Below are positions 1-8,819 of a stretch of 22,531 nt of DNA, in pieces. Every line of letters starts with the position of its first letter. The first letter of the stretch is position 1. The notes under the pieces were generated by a model that was not told the DNA's origin, did not search any database, and saw only the letters and a list, made by a program, of their open reading frames with translations. The translations under genes were made by a program, and so were the position numbers. Origin of the DNA: a virus (taxonomy: Duplodnaviria; Heunggongvirae; Uroviricota; Caudoviricetes); IMG/VR virus record IMGVR_UViG_2778261509_000018; one strand, given 5' to 3'.

Positions 1-1434
1 ATGTCTGAATTTGAAGTGTTGGCACAGCATCTGCTGAAGGAAGCCGAGGCGGAAGAAAAGCTGCGACAGGAAAATGATAAAAAGCTTATCGAGAAAGTGC
101 TGGAAATCTATGATCAGAAGTATGTAGCTGAATTACTGAGAAAAGTCGGAAAAAATGAGTGGAGCCGTGAAACCATTAACCGCTGGATTAATGGCAAGTG
201 TTTACCAAAATCGTTGACTTCAGTAGAAGAGTCTCTTCTGCGTAAGATGCTACCAGAACCACCTGCAAACCATCCGGAATATGCTTTCCGCTTCATTGAC
301 TTATTTGCTGGAATTGGAGGGATACGGAAAGGTTTTGAGGCCATTGGAGGCCAGTGTGTTTTTACCAGTGAATGGAATAAAGATGCTGTGCGTACATACA
401 AGGCCAACTGGTTTAACGATGAACAGGTGCATAAATTCAATCTCGATATTCGGGAAGTCACGCTGAGTGATAAAACCGATGTATTGGAAACGGATGCTTA
501 TGCATATATTGATGAGCATGTGCCGGATCATGATGTGCTTCTTGCGGGGTTCCCGTGCCAGCCATTTAGCCTTGCTGGTGTTAGTAAGAAAAACTCACTT
601 GGTCGTGCGCATGGTTTTGAATGTGAAGCACAAGGAACACTTTTTTTTGACGTGGCACGTATTATACGAGCAAAAAAACCGGCAATTTTTGTGCTGGAAA
701 ATGTCAAAAATCTGAAGAGCCATGATAAGGGTAAAACTTTCAAAGTCATTATGGAGACCCTTGACGAGCTGGGCTACGAAGTTGCCGATGCTGCAGAAAT
801 GGGAAAAAACGATCCAAAGATTATCGATGGGAAGCATTTTTTGCCTCAGCATCGTGAACGCATTGTTCTGGTCGGATTTAGACGAGATCTGAATATTCAC
901 AAGGGGTTTACCTTGCGTGATATCAGTCGTTTTTATCCGGAACACCGCCCATCATTTGGTGAATTGCTGGAGCCTGTAGTCGACAGTAAATATATACTTA
1001 CGCCAAAACTATGGGAGTACCTTTATAACTACGCCAAAAAGCATGCAGCCAAGGGGAATGGTTTTGGCTTTGGGTTGGTCAATCCTGAGAATAAGGAAAG
1101 CATTGCACGCACACTTTCTGCCAGATATCACAAAGACGGATCAGAAATTCTTATTGATCGTGGTTGGGATATGGCAACGGGAGAGGCTGACTTTATGAAT
1201 GAGAGTAACCAGGCTCGTCGACCACGCAGGCTGACTCCCCGAGAGTGCGCACGCCTTATGGGGTTTGAAAAACCTGGAGGGAAACCATTCCGTATTCCGG
1301 TTTCAGATACTCAGTCATATCGGCAGTTCGGTAACTCCGTTGTGGTGCCAGTATTTGAAGCCGTTGCCAGACTTCTGGAACCCTATATCCTCAAAGCTGT
1401 TTCTGCTGATGCTGGTAAGACTGGGCAGCCTTGA
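1..1434 (+). CDS. ecoRIIM: DNA (cytosine-5)-methyltransferase, M.EcoRII/Dcm family (CCWGG-type), 477 aa
   Basis: Full-length ORF with canonical C5-MTase motifs: [10 protein letters not shown] (motif I, AdoMet binding), GFPCQPFS (motif IV, catalytic Cys), ENV (motif VI), [10 protein letters not shown] (motif X). Close overall resemblance to Dcm/M.EcoRII as I recall them, including the N-terminal extension. ATG is at window position 1, so the promoter lies outside the window. Confidence 0.93.
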   Translation: MSEFEVLAQHLLKEAEAEEKLRQENDKKLIEKVLEIYDQKYVAELLRKVGKNEWSRETINRWINGKCLPKSLTSVEESLLRKMLPEPPANHPEYAFRFIDLFAGIGGIRKGFEAIGGQCVFTSEWNKDAVRTYKANWFNDEQVHKFNLDIREVTLSDKTDVLETDAYAYIDEHVPDHDVLLAGFPCQPFSLAGVSKKNSLGRAHGFECEAQGTLFFDVARIIRAKKPAIFVLENVKNLKSHDKGKTFKVIMETLDELGYEVADAAEMGKNDPKIIDGKHFLPQHRERIVLVGFRRDLNIHKGFTLRDISRFYPEHRPSFGELLEPVVDSKYILTPKLWEYLYNYAKKHAAKGNGFGFGLVNPENKESIARTLSARYHKDGSEILIDRGWDMATGEADFMNESNQARRPRRLTPRECARLMGFEKPGGKPFRIPVSDTQSYRQFGNSVVVPVFEAVARLLEPYILKAVSADAGKTGQP

Positions 1435-1440
1435 GAACAC

Positions 1441-1463
1441 CTCCCGGCCTTTTAAGCCGGGAG
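1441..1463. terminator. Inverted repeat CTCCCGGC-N7-GCCGGGAG between the convergent M and R stop codons; candidate bidirectional terminator (no clear U-tract)
   Basis: Perfect 8-bp arms seen directly; located between stop at 1432-1434 (+) and stop at 1469-1471 (-). Confidence 0.35.
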
Positions 1464-1468
1464 TCAGC

Positions 1469-2677
1469 CTATGATAGTTCAGCGTAAAGTTCTATCAGCT
1501 CAGTAATGAATGCTCCGAGCGTTATTAATTCTTCTCTAACTGCTTCTGGGTATTTTTTATGTAAAGTTGATGGTACAACGAGTCTGACACCCGCATCTTT
1601 CATTTCTCGGTATTGTGCTGAAGAAACACCTTCTTGCAGCGTAAATAAATGTACCTGATGGATTTTATCTGCTTCATTCAGTATCTGACGCCAGCGATCT
1701 TTGCAGGTGGTCTTTACTGCCAGCATACGTAAGTTTTCTACAGGAAATTCAACGTCATGATATGCCTCTGCTGAAGGAAACAGGAAATCTGGTTTTTTAT
1801 TACCTTCAGTAACTGCCTGAGTGGAGAAATGTCGTAGTCCGTGCTCGATAAAAAGCTTCTCTAGGTGAAGTTCAAGTGATTTACCTGCCCTTGATTTACG
1901 TCGATTACTGACAGAGTTGGCTAATGCAATAAACTCATCTACAGAATTGAATCCTTTCTTAATAATATCAATAACATGTAATTCCTCGACGAGTAGAAAA
2001 ATATCATACTCGACACGCCGACGGTCAATCAGTTGCTCATCTGGATCCTTGGAGTTTTTAGCATAATGGCCAGCAGCATATTGAATAATTTCGTTTCCAG
2101 AAGGAAAACGCTTCTTCCAGTCTTCAGGAATAACATATTTATGATTTACTGGAGTTTGCTGAAGAGGCAATCCGCCCAAAATTTGTCCGGCAGGGCCGGA
2201 AATTAGGGTTCCAGGTATGATTTCGCCAATAGCAGACTCGATGATATCCTCTTCATCGGGATTGACGCAGACCCATATATCTACCTCGGAACAGTCAGTG
2301 TTCTGTTCGTTTAACCTGAAAGCAAGAATTGTGAGGGCTCCTGTATTTTCAGAGTTCTGTAATGGACTTCCTCTCCCCCAGCGCGTAATTCTTTTTTCGT
2401 TTCGGGTCTTACCAAAATAACGGTTGTTGTAATAAATTGCGCGTGCTTGGGTATCAGGGCAATCATGGGATGATACATGCGCAGTAAGGAAGACTGAAGG
2501 GTTCAGTTCGCGAGTATGATTGATAGAAGGAAAAAGCTTTTCAACGATATTTGAGGGGATATAAAGTCCGACCTGATGGCCACCTGTTGCGCCTGTGTCG
2601 TTTGCAGAAAGGCGTTTGATGTAGATAAAGTAATTCCCGCTTGCGATATCAAGCAGCCAGTTATGAAAAACCGACAT
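1469..2677 (-). CDS. ecoRIIR: Type IIE restriction endonuclease, EcoRII family (CCWGG-specific; N-terminal effector DNA-binding domain plus C-terminal catalytic domain)
   Basis: Translation (MSVFHNWLL...KRLSANDTGATGGHQVGLYIP...) closely matches R.EcoRII as I recall it. Convergent with the cognate MTase. Start placed at the second ATG (2675-2677), which has an AAGGG Shine-Dalgarno 6 nt upstream; the first in-frame ATG at 2681-2683 would give 404 aa. Confidence 0.88.
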   Translation of the reverse strand: MSVFHNWLLDIASGNYFIYIKRLSANDTGATGGHQVGLYIPSNIVEKLFPSINHTRELNPSVFLTAHVSSHDCPDTQARAIYYNNRYFGKTRNEKRITRWGRGSPLQNSENTGALTILAFRLNEQNTDCSEVDIWVCVNPDEEDIIESAIGEIIPGTLISGPAGQILGGLPLQQTPVNHKYVIPEDWKKRFPSGNEIIQYAAGHYAKNSKDPDEQLIDRRRVEYDIFLLVEELHVIDIIKKGFNSVDEFIALANSVSNRRKSRAGKSLELHLEKLFIEHGLRHFSTQAVTEGNKKPDFLFPSAEAYHDVEFPVENLRMLAVKTTCKDRWRQILNEADKIHQVHLFTLQEGVSSAQYREMKDAGVRLVVPSTLHKKYPEAVREELITLGAFITELIELYAELS

Positions 2678-2760
2678 ATACATCCCTTTGTTAACATACA
2701 GTCAGGGTTAACATTTTTCCATAGTTATAGATAAGCGGCTAGGAACTTAAGGGAAAAACA

Positions 2761-2784
2761 AAAAGCCCACATAAGCGGGCTTTT
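2761..2784. terminator. Bidirectional rho-independent terminator-like hairpin (AAAAGCCC-loop-GGGCTTTT)
   Basis: GC stem flanked by an A-tract on one side and a T-tract on the other; lies between the orphan gene and the endonuclease promoter region. Confidence 0.45.
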
Positions 2785-3434
2785 GTGTCACTCGAGAGCC
2801 GCGGCTCCTTTGCGTATCTTTTTTGTCTCCTCACCGTCTGGTCGGTGTCCTGCTGAGACTGCTAATTTCCTGTTTTTGTTAGTACTGTCCTAGAACTGTC
2901 CAATCATGATTGGTGGGCTGGCGGAGTTGAAACCGCAGACACGTCGTATGTAAGAACGTGCTGCGGCTGGCTGGCCAGCTTCTGATAGTGCGAATATTGA
3001 ATGATTTCTATCTGTTATAGATTTTACCGTATTTCGGCATGAATGAAACTGAATATCCTCCCACCGATTCTCCATGACTTTACGCCACTGTCTCTAGGGC
3101 TGCTATGTGCCAAGAGCGGACGTTGGTATGCAAGAGCCCTCCAAAAGTTGATGGTTGGTTTGCAGGGGGGCTTAAAGAAACTGCACTTATCAAGTTGAAG
3201 TTCTGTATTCAGCGAAATCGTAGCACTCTGACGATAAGTAACTCCGGTACCCCGCTCTTCGATGAAGAACCAGAGTAATCCCCCCGAAAAAATAGCGCAT
3301 CAAAATTGGATCTTCAGCGGTAGCTTATCGGCTATCGGAAGTACAGGTGTGGATTCGTGGTGAATTGCTTTGATAATAAACGATTAATACGGAAAAACGC
3401 ATTAATCATTTATTAGCTTTTAGTAAACCACAAT

Positions 3435-4784
3435 TTATTCCGTTTTACATATCATAGTAGTCGATTGGAGAATATAGTTTCTGGGAATGTACTCTTCAAA
3501 GTGTTCGTCCTTTTTAAATACATGAACTACATTTGGGAATAATTGATAGTCAACAGGGTGTATAGCGTTTGGATTATGGTACATGTATATGGCTGTACAC
3601 CATGGTTCTTGATAGTTAGGGTCACTTACATCGGCTGAAAATAGATGTGGGTCTGCATCCTGATCAGTTTTAACACCACTGACGTACACTTTGAATCCAC
3701 TCGCCTCTACACCTGCAAGAATTCCCATCCGGTTAAACTTAGGTATGGTTGCTTGAGTAGTGAGTAAAACGGCAGAAACATAATTATTTTGTTCTGAGCC
3801 AAAAAAGTTCGACTTGATACTTCTATTTTCATCTGTATGTCTTTCAATAGAAATGCCTGACTCAATATCAATCCCGTACAAATAGCTATGCAAGGCTTCG
3901 CTTGAGAAGGCCATGGACATTCTTTTTGAATAATCCTGCATTGCTATGACAAATGGTTTGTTCTTTGTATGGTTGAGTTCCCAGTAATGAACTTTCTCTG
4001 GCTCAGGGCAATGCCGGACTTTTTTTAATAAACTTCTTGCAAACTTAAAAGGCATGACATTTAGAACATGTCTTCTTAATTCATCCATCTGCTCATCGTT
4101 AATGACTTTTCTTTCAAGAGGGGCTTCTGCTTCAGCAATGCTTACAGCCTCTACAGCAATTTCCACTCCAAATTTAGATAGCAGAAAATCTGGTTGATTG
4201 TATTCTCTATTCATTTCAAAGTCGAGTTCATAAAATACAGCGTTCAAATATAATTCAAATAACCTTGAATTAAATGCATCACTTTGAAAATCTCTTATAA
4301 ATATTCCATCAGGATCTTTGAACCAGTATGCAAGTTCCTCAAGAACAATATATGCAGGGAAATGAAGAGGGTCTTCGATGAGCATTTTTATATAAATATT
4401 CCTTTTTTTCTCTGGGACTTTACTCAAGAATAATGAAAAAGGTTTGGTTGATTCATCGCCTTGCATGAATGTGCCGTTTTGGTGCTGCGCCAGCATCTTT
4501 GGTATGTCATCGTTTAAATTATTAAGCAAGACATCCATTGAGTCAAATGAAGCCAAGACGTTTATTGCTCTGAATTTTTTATCTAAATCCCGACCCAATA
4601 CTATTGCGTTAAAATCTTTATCAATATTACATATAATTATTGTGGATAACAATGTTATCCCATTCCCCTCATATTTAAACCAGCGTATCTCCTCAGAGAA
4701 TGTCTTAAGGTAAGGTGAGCGACCGTAAAAATAAATATCAAATTGTTCTTTGCTGATCTCACTGAAGTGTAATCCTGCGTTCAT
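3435..4784 (-). CDS. Hypothetical protein, 449 aa; AT-rich orphan gene, no motif recognised
   Basis: Long uninterrupted ORF in a region visibly more AT-rich than its flanks; separated from neighbours by about 650 bp and 500 bp of non-coding DNA; no recognisable catalytic motif by eye. Confidence 0.6.
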   Translation of the reverse strand: MNAGLHFSEISKEQFDIYFYGRSPYLKTFSEEIRWFKYEGNGITLLSTIIICNIDKDFNAIVLGRDLDKKFRAINVLASFDSMDVLLNNLNDDIPKMLAQHQNGTFMQGDESTKPFSLFLSKVPEKKRNIYIKMLIEDPLHFPAYIVLEELAYWFKDPDGIFIRDFQSDAFNSRLFELYLNAVFYELDFEMNREYNQPDFLLSKFGVEIAVEAVSIAEAEAPLERKVINDEQMDELRRHVLNVMPFKFARSLLKKVRHCPEPEKVHYWELNHTKNKPFVIAMQDYSKRMSMAFSSEALHSYLYGIDIESGISIERHTDENRSIKSNFFGSEQNNYVSAVLLTTQATIPKFNRMGILAGVEASGFKVYVSGVKTDQDADPHLFSADVSDPNYQEPWCTAIYMYHNPNAIHPVDYQLFPNVVHVFKKDEHFEEYIPRNYILQSTTMICKTE

Positions 4785-4906
4785 ACCAATTCCTTTTCAA
4801 TGAATAATTGGCCTTTAGGAGTGATTCCCTTTGTCTTTAATTCAGTTCTAACTAGTTCTTTAATCCAATAGCCTAAGCTCATCATGCAGTTGGATCATAA
4901 GACAAC

Positions 4907-4935
4907 GCCCTATAGTGCTCGTGATACTATAGGGC
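4907..4935. promoter_or_regulatory. Perfect 10-bp inverted repeat GCCCTATAGT-N9-ACTATAGGGC about 120 bp upstream of the orphan gene start
   Basis: Seen directly; position relative to the start at 4784 (- strand) suggests an operator or leader structure. Confidence 0.3.
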
Positions 4936-5309
4936 ATCTGACCACACTGTTAACTGGAGTAACGACTATGGCAGGAATACAGCATAACTAAACTCACCCC
5001 AAACTTACATAGCGCTTTCTGGCCGTGAGCATAACAAGGTCCGCTCCTCGCTCATAACAGACATTCACTACAGTTATGGTAGAAGGTATGCATGCTGGGT
5101 GGGGAAAGTATGAAGGAAAAGAAGACTGCTGCGCCGTTTGTCGTCACATTTATCTTCATTGGCTATGCAAGTCGTAATACAAGGTGGGACAAAACTGAGA
5201 CACATAAGGCCTCGCAATGACTTGCAAGGCTTTACATGTTTTGATGTGGTGGGACGTGTGAGCGCAGTGTTGATGGGGTAATGCTTTGAATTAGAAGCGG
5301 ATTCTTATA

Positions 5310-5355
5310 ATTCGTAATGCGAAGGTCGTAGGTTCGACTCCTATTATCGGCACCA
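5310..5355 (+). other. 3' fragment (about 46 nt) of tRNA-Thr(CGU) (thrW-type) ending in CCA; attachment-site core, not an intact tRNA
   Basis: ATTCGTAATGCGAAGGTCGTAGGTTCGACTCCTATTATCGGCACCA matches the anticodon loop to 3' end of tRNA-Thr(CGU) as I recall it. The upstream sequence lacks the GCCGATA acceptor 5' strand and D-arm, so no cloverleaf can form. Confidence 0.7.
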
Positions 5356-5372
5356 TTCAAACATCTCCCCAA

Positions 5373-5466
5373 GTCTACTAAAGTCTTTCAAAACCCCTTA
5401 TAATCCGCGTATTAAAGCCCCGTTCGTCTTTTGACGTCTACTAAAGTCCCTCAAAATCTACGGTCA
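5373..5466 (+). repeat. Two 21-bp direct repeats (GTCTACTAAAGTCYYTCAAAA) between the att core and int; candidate integrase arm-type binding sites
   Basis: Copies at 5373-5393 and 5446-5466, 19 of 21 identical, same orientation. Confidence 0.35.
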
Positions 5467-5520
5467 GATGGGGGTACTTATGGGGGTATTTGCTGTTCGG
5501 TTTAGTGGAGGTACCCCCAA

Positions 5521-6735
5521 GTGAAACTCAATGCCCGTCAAATAGACACAGCCAAGCCAAAAGAGAAGGCTTACAAGCTGGCCGATGGTGGCGGTTTGTA
5601 TCTCTTGGTAAAACCTAATGGAGGTAAATACTGGCGACTTAAATATCGTGTAGCTGGTAAAGAGAAGCTATTGGCACTAGGTGTTTATCCTGAGGTTACT
5701 CTAGCCGATGCTCGGGCAAAACGTGAAGATGCGAAAAGAGGTATCGCTGGTGGTATCGATCCGATGGAAGCGAAACGAGAGGAAAAGATTGCCCGGGAAA
5801 CGCAGTTAAACAACACCTTCAAAGATATTGCCCTTGAGTGGCACAGCAGCAAATTAAAAAAATGGTCTGCTGGTTATGCTTCAGACATCCTCGAAGCCTT
5901 CAACAAAGATGTGTTCCCTTACATTGGCAAAAAACCCATCGCCGAAATCAAACCACTTGAACTTCTGAATGTGCTGCGTCGCATCGAGGGGCGCGGTGCT
6001 ACAGAAAAAGCTAAAAAAGTGAGGCAACGGTGCGGGGAAGTTTTCCGCTATGCAATAGTCACTGGTCGCGCAGAGTATAACCCTGCACCAGACCTTACTA
6101 GCGCGATGCAAGGCCATGAATCTAATCATTACCCTTTCCTTACAGCCAAAGAATTACCTGATTTTTTCAAGGCATTGTCCAGTTACTCAGGAAGCGCATT
6201 GGTTGTTATGGCGGCTCGTCTACTGATTATCACCGGCTTGCGGACTGGCGAACTACGTGGCGCATTATGGGATGAAATTGATTTCAACAAGGCTATCTGG
6301 GAGATACCCGCTTCACGTATGAAAATGCGGCGGCCTCATATTGTGCCATTGTCTGAGCAGGCTCTTTCGCTTATTGGGAAGATTAGAGAAATAACAGGCA
6401 ATTACCCTCTTATGTTTCCCGGGCGCAATGATCCAAGGAAAACAATGAGCGAGGCCAGCATAAACCAAGTGTTTAAGCGCATTGGCTACGCTGGACGTGT
6501 AACTGGTCATGGGTTCCGGCACACTATGAGTACGATTTTGCATGAGCAGGGCTATAACACCGCGTGGATAGAAACGCAGCTCGCTCACGTTGATAAGAAC
6601 TCAATTCGTGGCACATACAACCATGCGCAATATCTGGATGGAAGGCGGGAGATGCTTCAATGGTATGCCGACTATATGGATTCTCTCGAGCATGACGGAA
6701 ATGTGGTGCATATGGTGTTTGAAAAACACGCATGA
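5521..6735 (+). CDS. Site-specific tyrosine integrase, P4 (IntA/IntS-like) family
   Basis: N-terminus AKPKEKAYKLADGGGLYLLVKPNGGKYWRLKYR is typical of P4-type integrases; catalytic-region motifs LRTGELR, HGFRHT and a C-terminal Tyr (RGTYNHAQY); GTG start with GGAGG 10 nt upstream; sits immediately 3' of the tRNA fragment. Confidence 0.93.
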   Translation: MKLNARQIDTAKPKEKAYKLADGGGLYLLVKPNGGKYWRLKYRVAGKEKLLALGVYPEVTLADARAKREDAKRGIAGGIDPMEAKREEKIARETQLNNTFKDIALEWHSSKLKKWSAGYASDILEAFNKDVFPYIGKKPIAEIKPLELLNVLRRIEGRGATEKAKKVRQRCGEVFRYAIVTGRAEYNPAPDLTSAMQGHESNHYPFLTAKELPDFFKALSSYSGSALVVMAARLLIITGLRTGELRGALWDEIDFNKAIWEIPASRMKMRRPHIVPLSEQALSLIGKIREITGNYPLMFPGRNDPRKTMSEASINQVFKRIGYAGRVTGHGFRHTMSTILHEQGYNTAWIETQLAHVDKNSIRGTYNHAQYLDGRREMLQWYADYMDSLEHDGNVVHMVFEKHA

Positions 6736-6879
6736 AACAACTGGACAAGTATACAGAGGTTTACTAAAGTATAGGGGAGTAGATTGATAAAAACTCACAG
6801 AGGATTGCTATTTAACAGTTAGCCCTGGAGAAGGGCAATCGCTCTTTTACAAACGAAGGTGTATTGAGCCTTCTACGTC

Positions 6880-6941
6880 GCTGACAAAGCGGAATGTTCT
6901 TTAACAGGCTTTGGCGCTGACAAAGCGCAATTGTTCTTTAA
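6880..6941 (+). repeat. Two imperfect about 25-bp direct repeats (GCTGACAAAGCG-N-TTCTTTAA) in the int-alpA intergenic region
   Basis: Seen directly at 6880-6904 and 6916-6941; a 15-bp-stem hairpin (7043-7077) lies nearby. Confidence 0.3.
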
Positions 6942-7163
6942 AACTACTGGATGTCACGCCTAATAGCGTGATCCTGCCGAAATGCAGGGTAGCTCTACCC
7001 TTGTGGAGCAAACAAACCAAAACAATCTGACTATCTTTTATAAAAGACCGCAATATGTTTTTCATATTGTGGTCTTTGGCGTATTCGACATTTGACGCAA
7101 ATAAAACTCTCGCCATTCGTTGCAGGAGGGGGTTATTGCGTCATTAGTACAGGATATTAATAA

Positions 7164-7367
7164 ATGGCTAATTACAATTCATTAATTCGTCTCTCTGAAG
7201 TTCAAAGGCGAACTGGTTATAGCAAAGCATGGATTTATCGTCTTATTAGTCAGGGGAGGTTCCCTAAACAGGTAAAAATTGGAAGTCGGGCAATTGCTTT
7301 TGTTGAGTCTGAAATAGATGAATGGATTGAGAAGTGTATATTAGAATCTAGAGACGAGGTGGCCTGA
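7164..7367 (+). CDS. alpA: AlpA-family phage transcriptional regulator / excisionase-like HTH protein
   Basis: 67-aa protein with LSEVQRRTGYSKAWIYRLISQGRFPKQVKIGSRAIAF, the classic AlpA/MerR-like HTH; position right after a P4-type integrase. Confidence 0.8.
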   Translation: MANYNSLIRLSEVQRRTGYSKAWIYRLISQGRFPKQVKIGSRAIAFVESEIDEWIEKCILESRDEVA

Positions 7368-7798
7368 TGGAAAAGAAAAACCGCCCATTACAGGCGGCTA
7401 ATTCAGATATTCGTGTATCTGATGTTACGCCCCTTACAAAATCCCCTCAAGCACCAAAGCGCACACCGAAAAAGCATCGTGCCAGAGTCTATATGCTGCG
7501 TACTGGTATAGAGGGATGGACAGAAAATGACATTCTTCGCTACTGCCGTCTGTCTTCTGGTCGTAACTATGCAACAGAGTTAGAACGCCAGCTTGGAATC
7601 ACTCTGGAGCGTATCGACGAAAAGAATCCTGATGGTATCGGAACACACCTTCGCTACCGTTTCTCCTGCCGTGGTGATGTTCTGAAAGTGATCACTCATA
7701 TTAACCATCTTGCGAACATAAATGATCACAACGGACTTTCTCAGCAGGAAATTGCCGACATTCTGAAACTCTACCCGGACGCGTTTAACGCCGCCTAA
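7367..7798 (+). CDS. Hypothetical protein (143 aa), translationally coupled to alpA
   Basis: Start overlaps the alpA stop (TGATG); basic N-terminus; no motif recognised. Confidence 0.55.
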   Translation: MEKKNRPLQAANSDIRVSDVTPLTKSPQAPKRTPKKHRARVYMLRTGIEGWTENDILRYCRLSSGRNYATELERQLGITLERIDEKNPDGIGTHLRYRFSCRGDVLKVITHINHLANINDHNGLSQQEIADILKLYPDAFNAA

Positions 7799-7810
7799 CG
7801 GAGACTGAAA

Positions 7811-8644
7811 ATGAACATCGAAAAAAGCAGATTAATTTCTGAGGCCGCCCCTCATCTGAACGCCTCTCTGGGCACAATTAACGGTAATGAATTTGCCGCA
7901 ATTGTCCCGGTTATTCCTGGTCATATCGGTGGGCGTGAAACCAATATTGTTAGCGCAAAAGCGTTACACAAAGCGTTGGGCGTGGGAAAAGACTTCTCTA
8001 CATGGATCACTGATCGCATCTCTGAATATGACTTCACCATTGGGCACGATTACTCAGTCCATAAAACTATTTCCCCAAATTTGGGGAAAATCCCGAATGG
8101 CGCGGCTTACAGCAAGATTAAGCAGTCTGGCAGACCCGGCAAAGACTATCTGTTAAGTGTCGGAATGGCGAAAGAACTGGCAATGATCGAACGCAATGAT
8201 CAGGGGCGCGCTATCCGCCGTTATTTCATCCAGTGCGAGGAAGAATTACAGCGTAGCGTGCCTGAAATCGCCGCCCGCTATCGTCGCCAGCTAAAAGCCC
8301 GTCTCAGTGCCGCAAACAACTTTAAGCCAATGTGCGATGCGCTGAATATGGCCCGTGCCGAGATGGGTAAAACGACGCAGCAACACCACTACACAAACGA
8401 GAGCAATATGATTTCTCGTATCGTTCTTGGTGGGCTAACTGCTAAACAGTGGGCGCGGATAAATGGCTATTCTGGCGAACCTCGCGACCATATGAACGCA
8501 GAACAACTTGAGCACCTCTCATATCTCGAAAGCACCAATATCACGTTAATTGATATGGGCATGGAATATGAGCAGCGCAAAGGAGAACTCACCCGACTGT
8601 CGCAACGCTGGCTCGCCAAGCGTCTGGAGGCGGTCAATGTTTAA
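7811..8644 (+). CDS. Phage antirepressor-like protein (AntA/KilAC-like domain)
   Basis: Segment FSTWITDRISEYDF...GKDYLLSVGMAKELAMIERNDQGRAIRRYFIQCEE resembles antirepressor/KilAC domains as I recall them; assignment by recollection only. Confidence 0.55.
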   Translation: MNIEKSRLISEAAPHLNASLGTINGNEFAAIVPVIPGHIGGRETNIVSAKALHKALGVGKDFSTWITDRISEYDFTIGHDYSVHKTISPNLGKIPNGAAYSKIKQSGRPGKDYLLSVGMAKELAMIERNDQGRAIRRYFIQCEEELQRSVPEIAARYRRQLKARLSAANNFKPMCDALNMARAEMGKTTQQHHYTNESNMISRIVLGGLTAKQWARINGYSGEPRDHMNAEQLEHLSYLESTNITLIDMGMEYEQRKGELTRLSQRWLAKRLEAVNV

Positions 8645-8819
8645 GCCGACAGGAACACCACAACCTCAAAAACGCTACAAAGATGCCCACGGAGCACTCG
8701 TTACTGTCGAAAGCGTGTCTCACAACCGAGTGACGTTTTATCGCGACGGGTATCAATCGCCATGCGTACAACCGCTGGCGCGTTTCATGAAGGAGTTCGC
8801 GGAGGTTAACAAATGCTAA
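8637..8819 (+). CDS. Small hypothetical protein (60 aa)
   Basis: ATG overlaps the upstream stop (AATGTTTAA); the longer upstream extension in the ORF track is in a different frame from the preceding gene and is unlikely to be used. Confidence 0.35.
   Translation: MFKPTGTPQPQKRYKDAHGALVTVESVSHNRVTFYRDGYQSPCVQPLARFMKEFAEVNKC

Noticed and set aside
114-945. Reverse-strand and alternate-frame ORFs (114-461, 301-531, 528-749, 595-945, 281-466, 467-715) inside the methyltransferase gene
   Set aside because: They are embedded in a well-supported conserved CDS, have no Shine-Dalgarno and odd composition; treated as frame artefacts.
1469-2683. Vsr (very-short-patch repair endonuclease) downstream of the Dcm-like methyltransferase
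   Set aside because: The gene is convergent, about 400 aa and EcoRII-like, not the short co-directional vsr that follows dcm in the chromosomal dcm-vsr operon.
5230-5355. Intact tRNA-Thr gene next to the integrase
   Set aside because: Only the 3' 46 nt match tRNA-Thr; the upstream sequence lacks the complementary acceptor strand (GCCGATA) and D-arm, so it is annotated as an att-core fragment rather than a tRNA gene.
6901-7116. ORF 6901-7116 (-) in the int-alpA intergenic region
   Set aside because: It overlaps the direct repeats and hairpin, has no Shine-Dalgarno, and lies in what is most likely a regulatory region.
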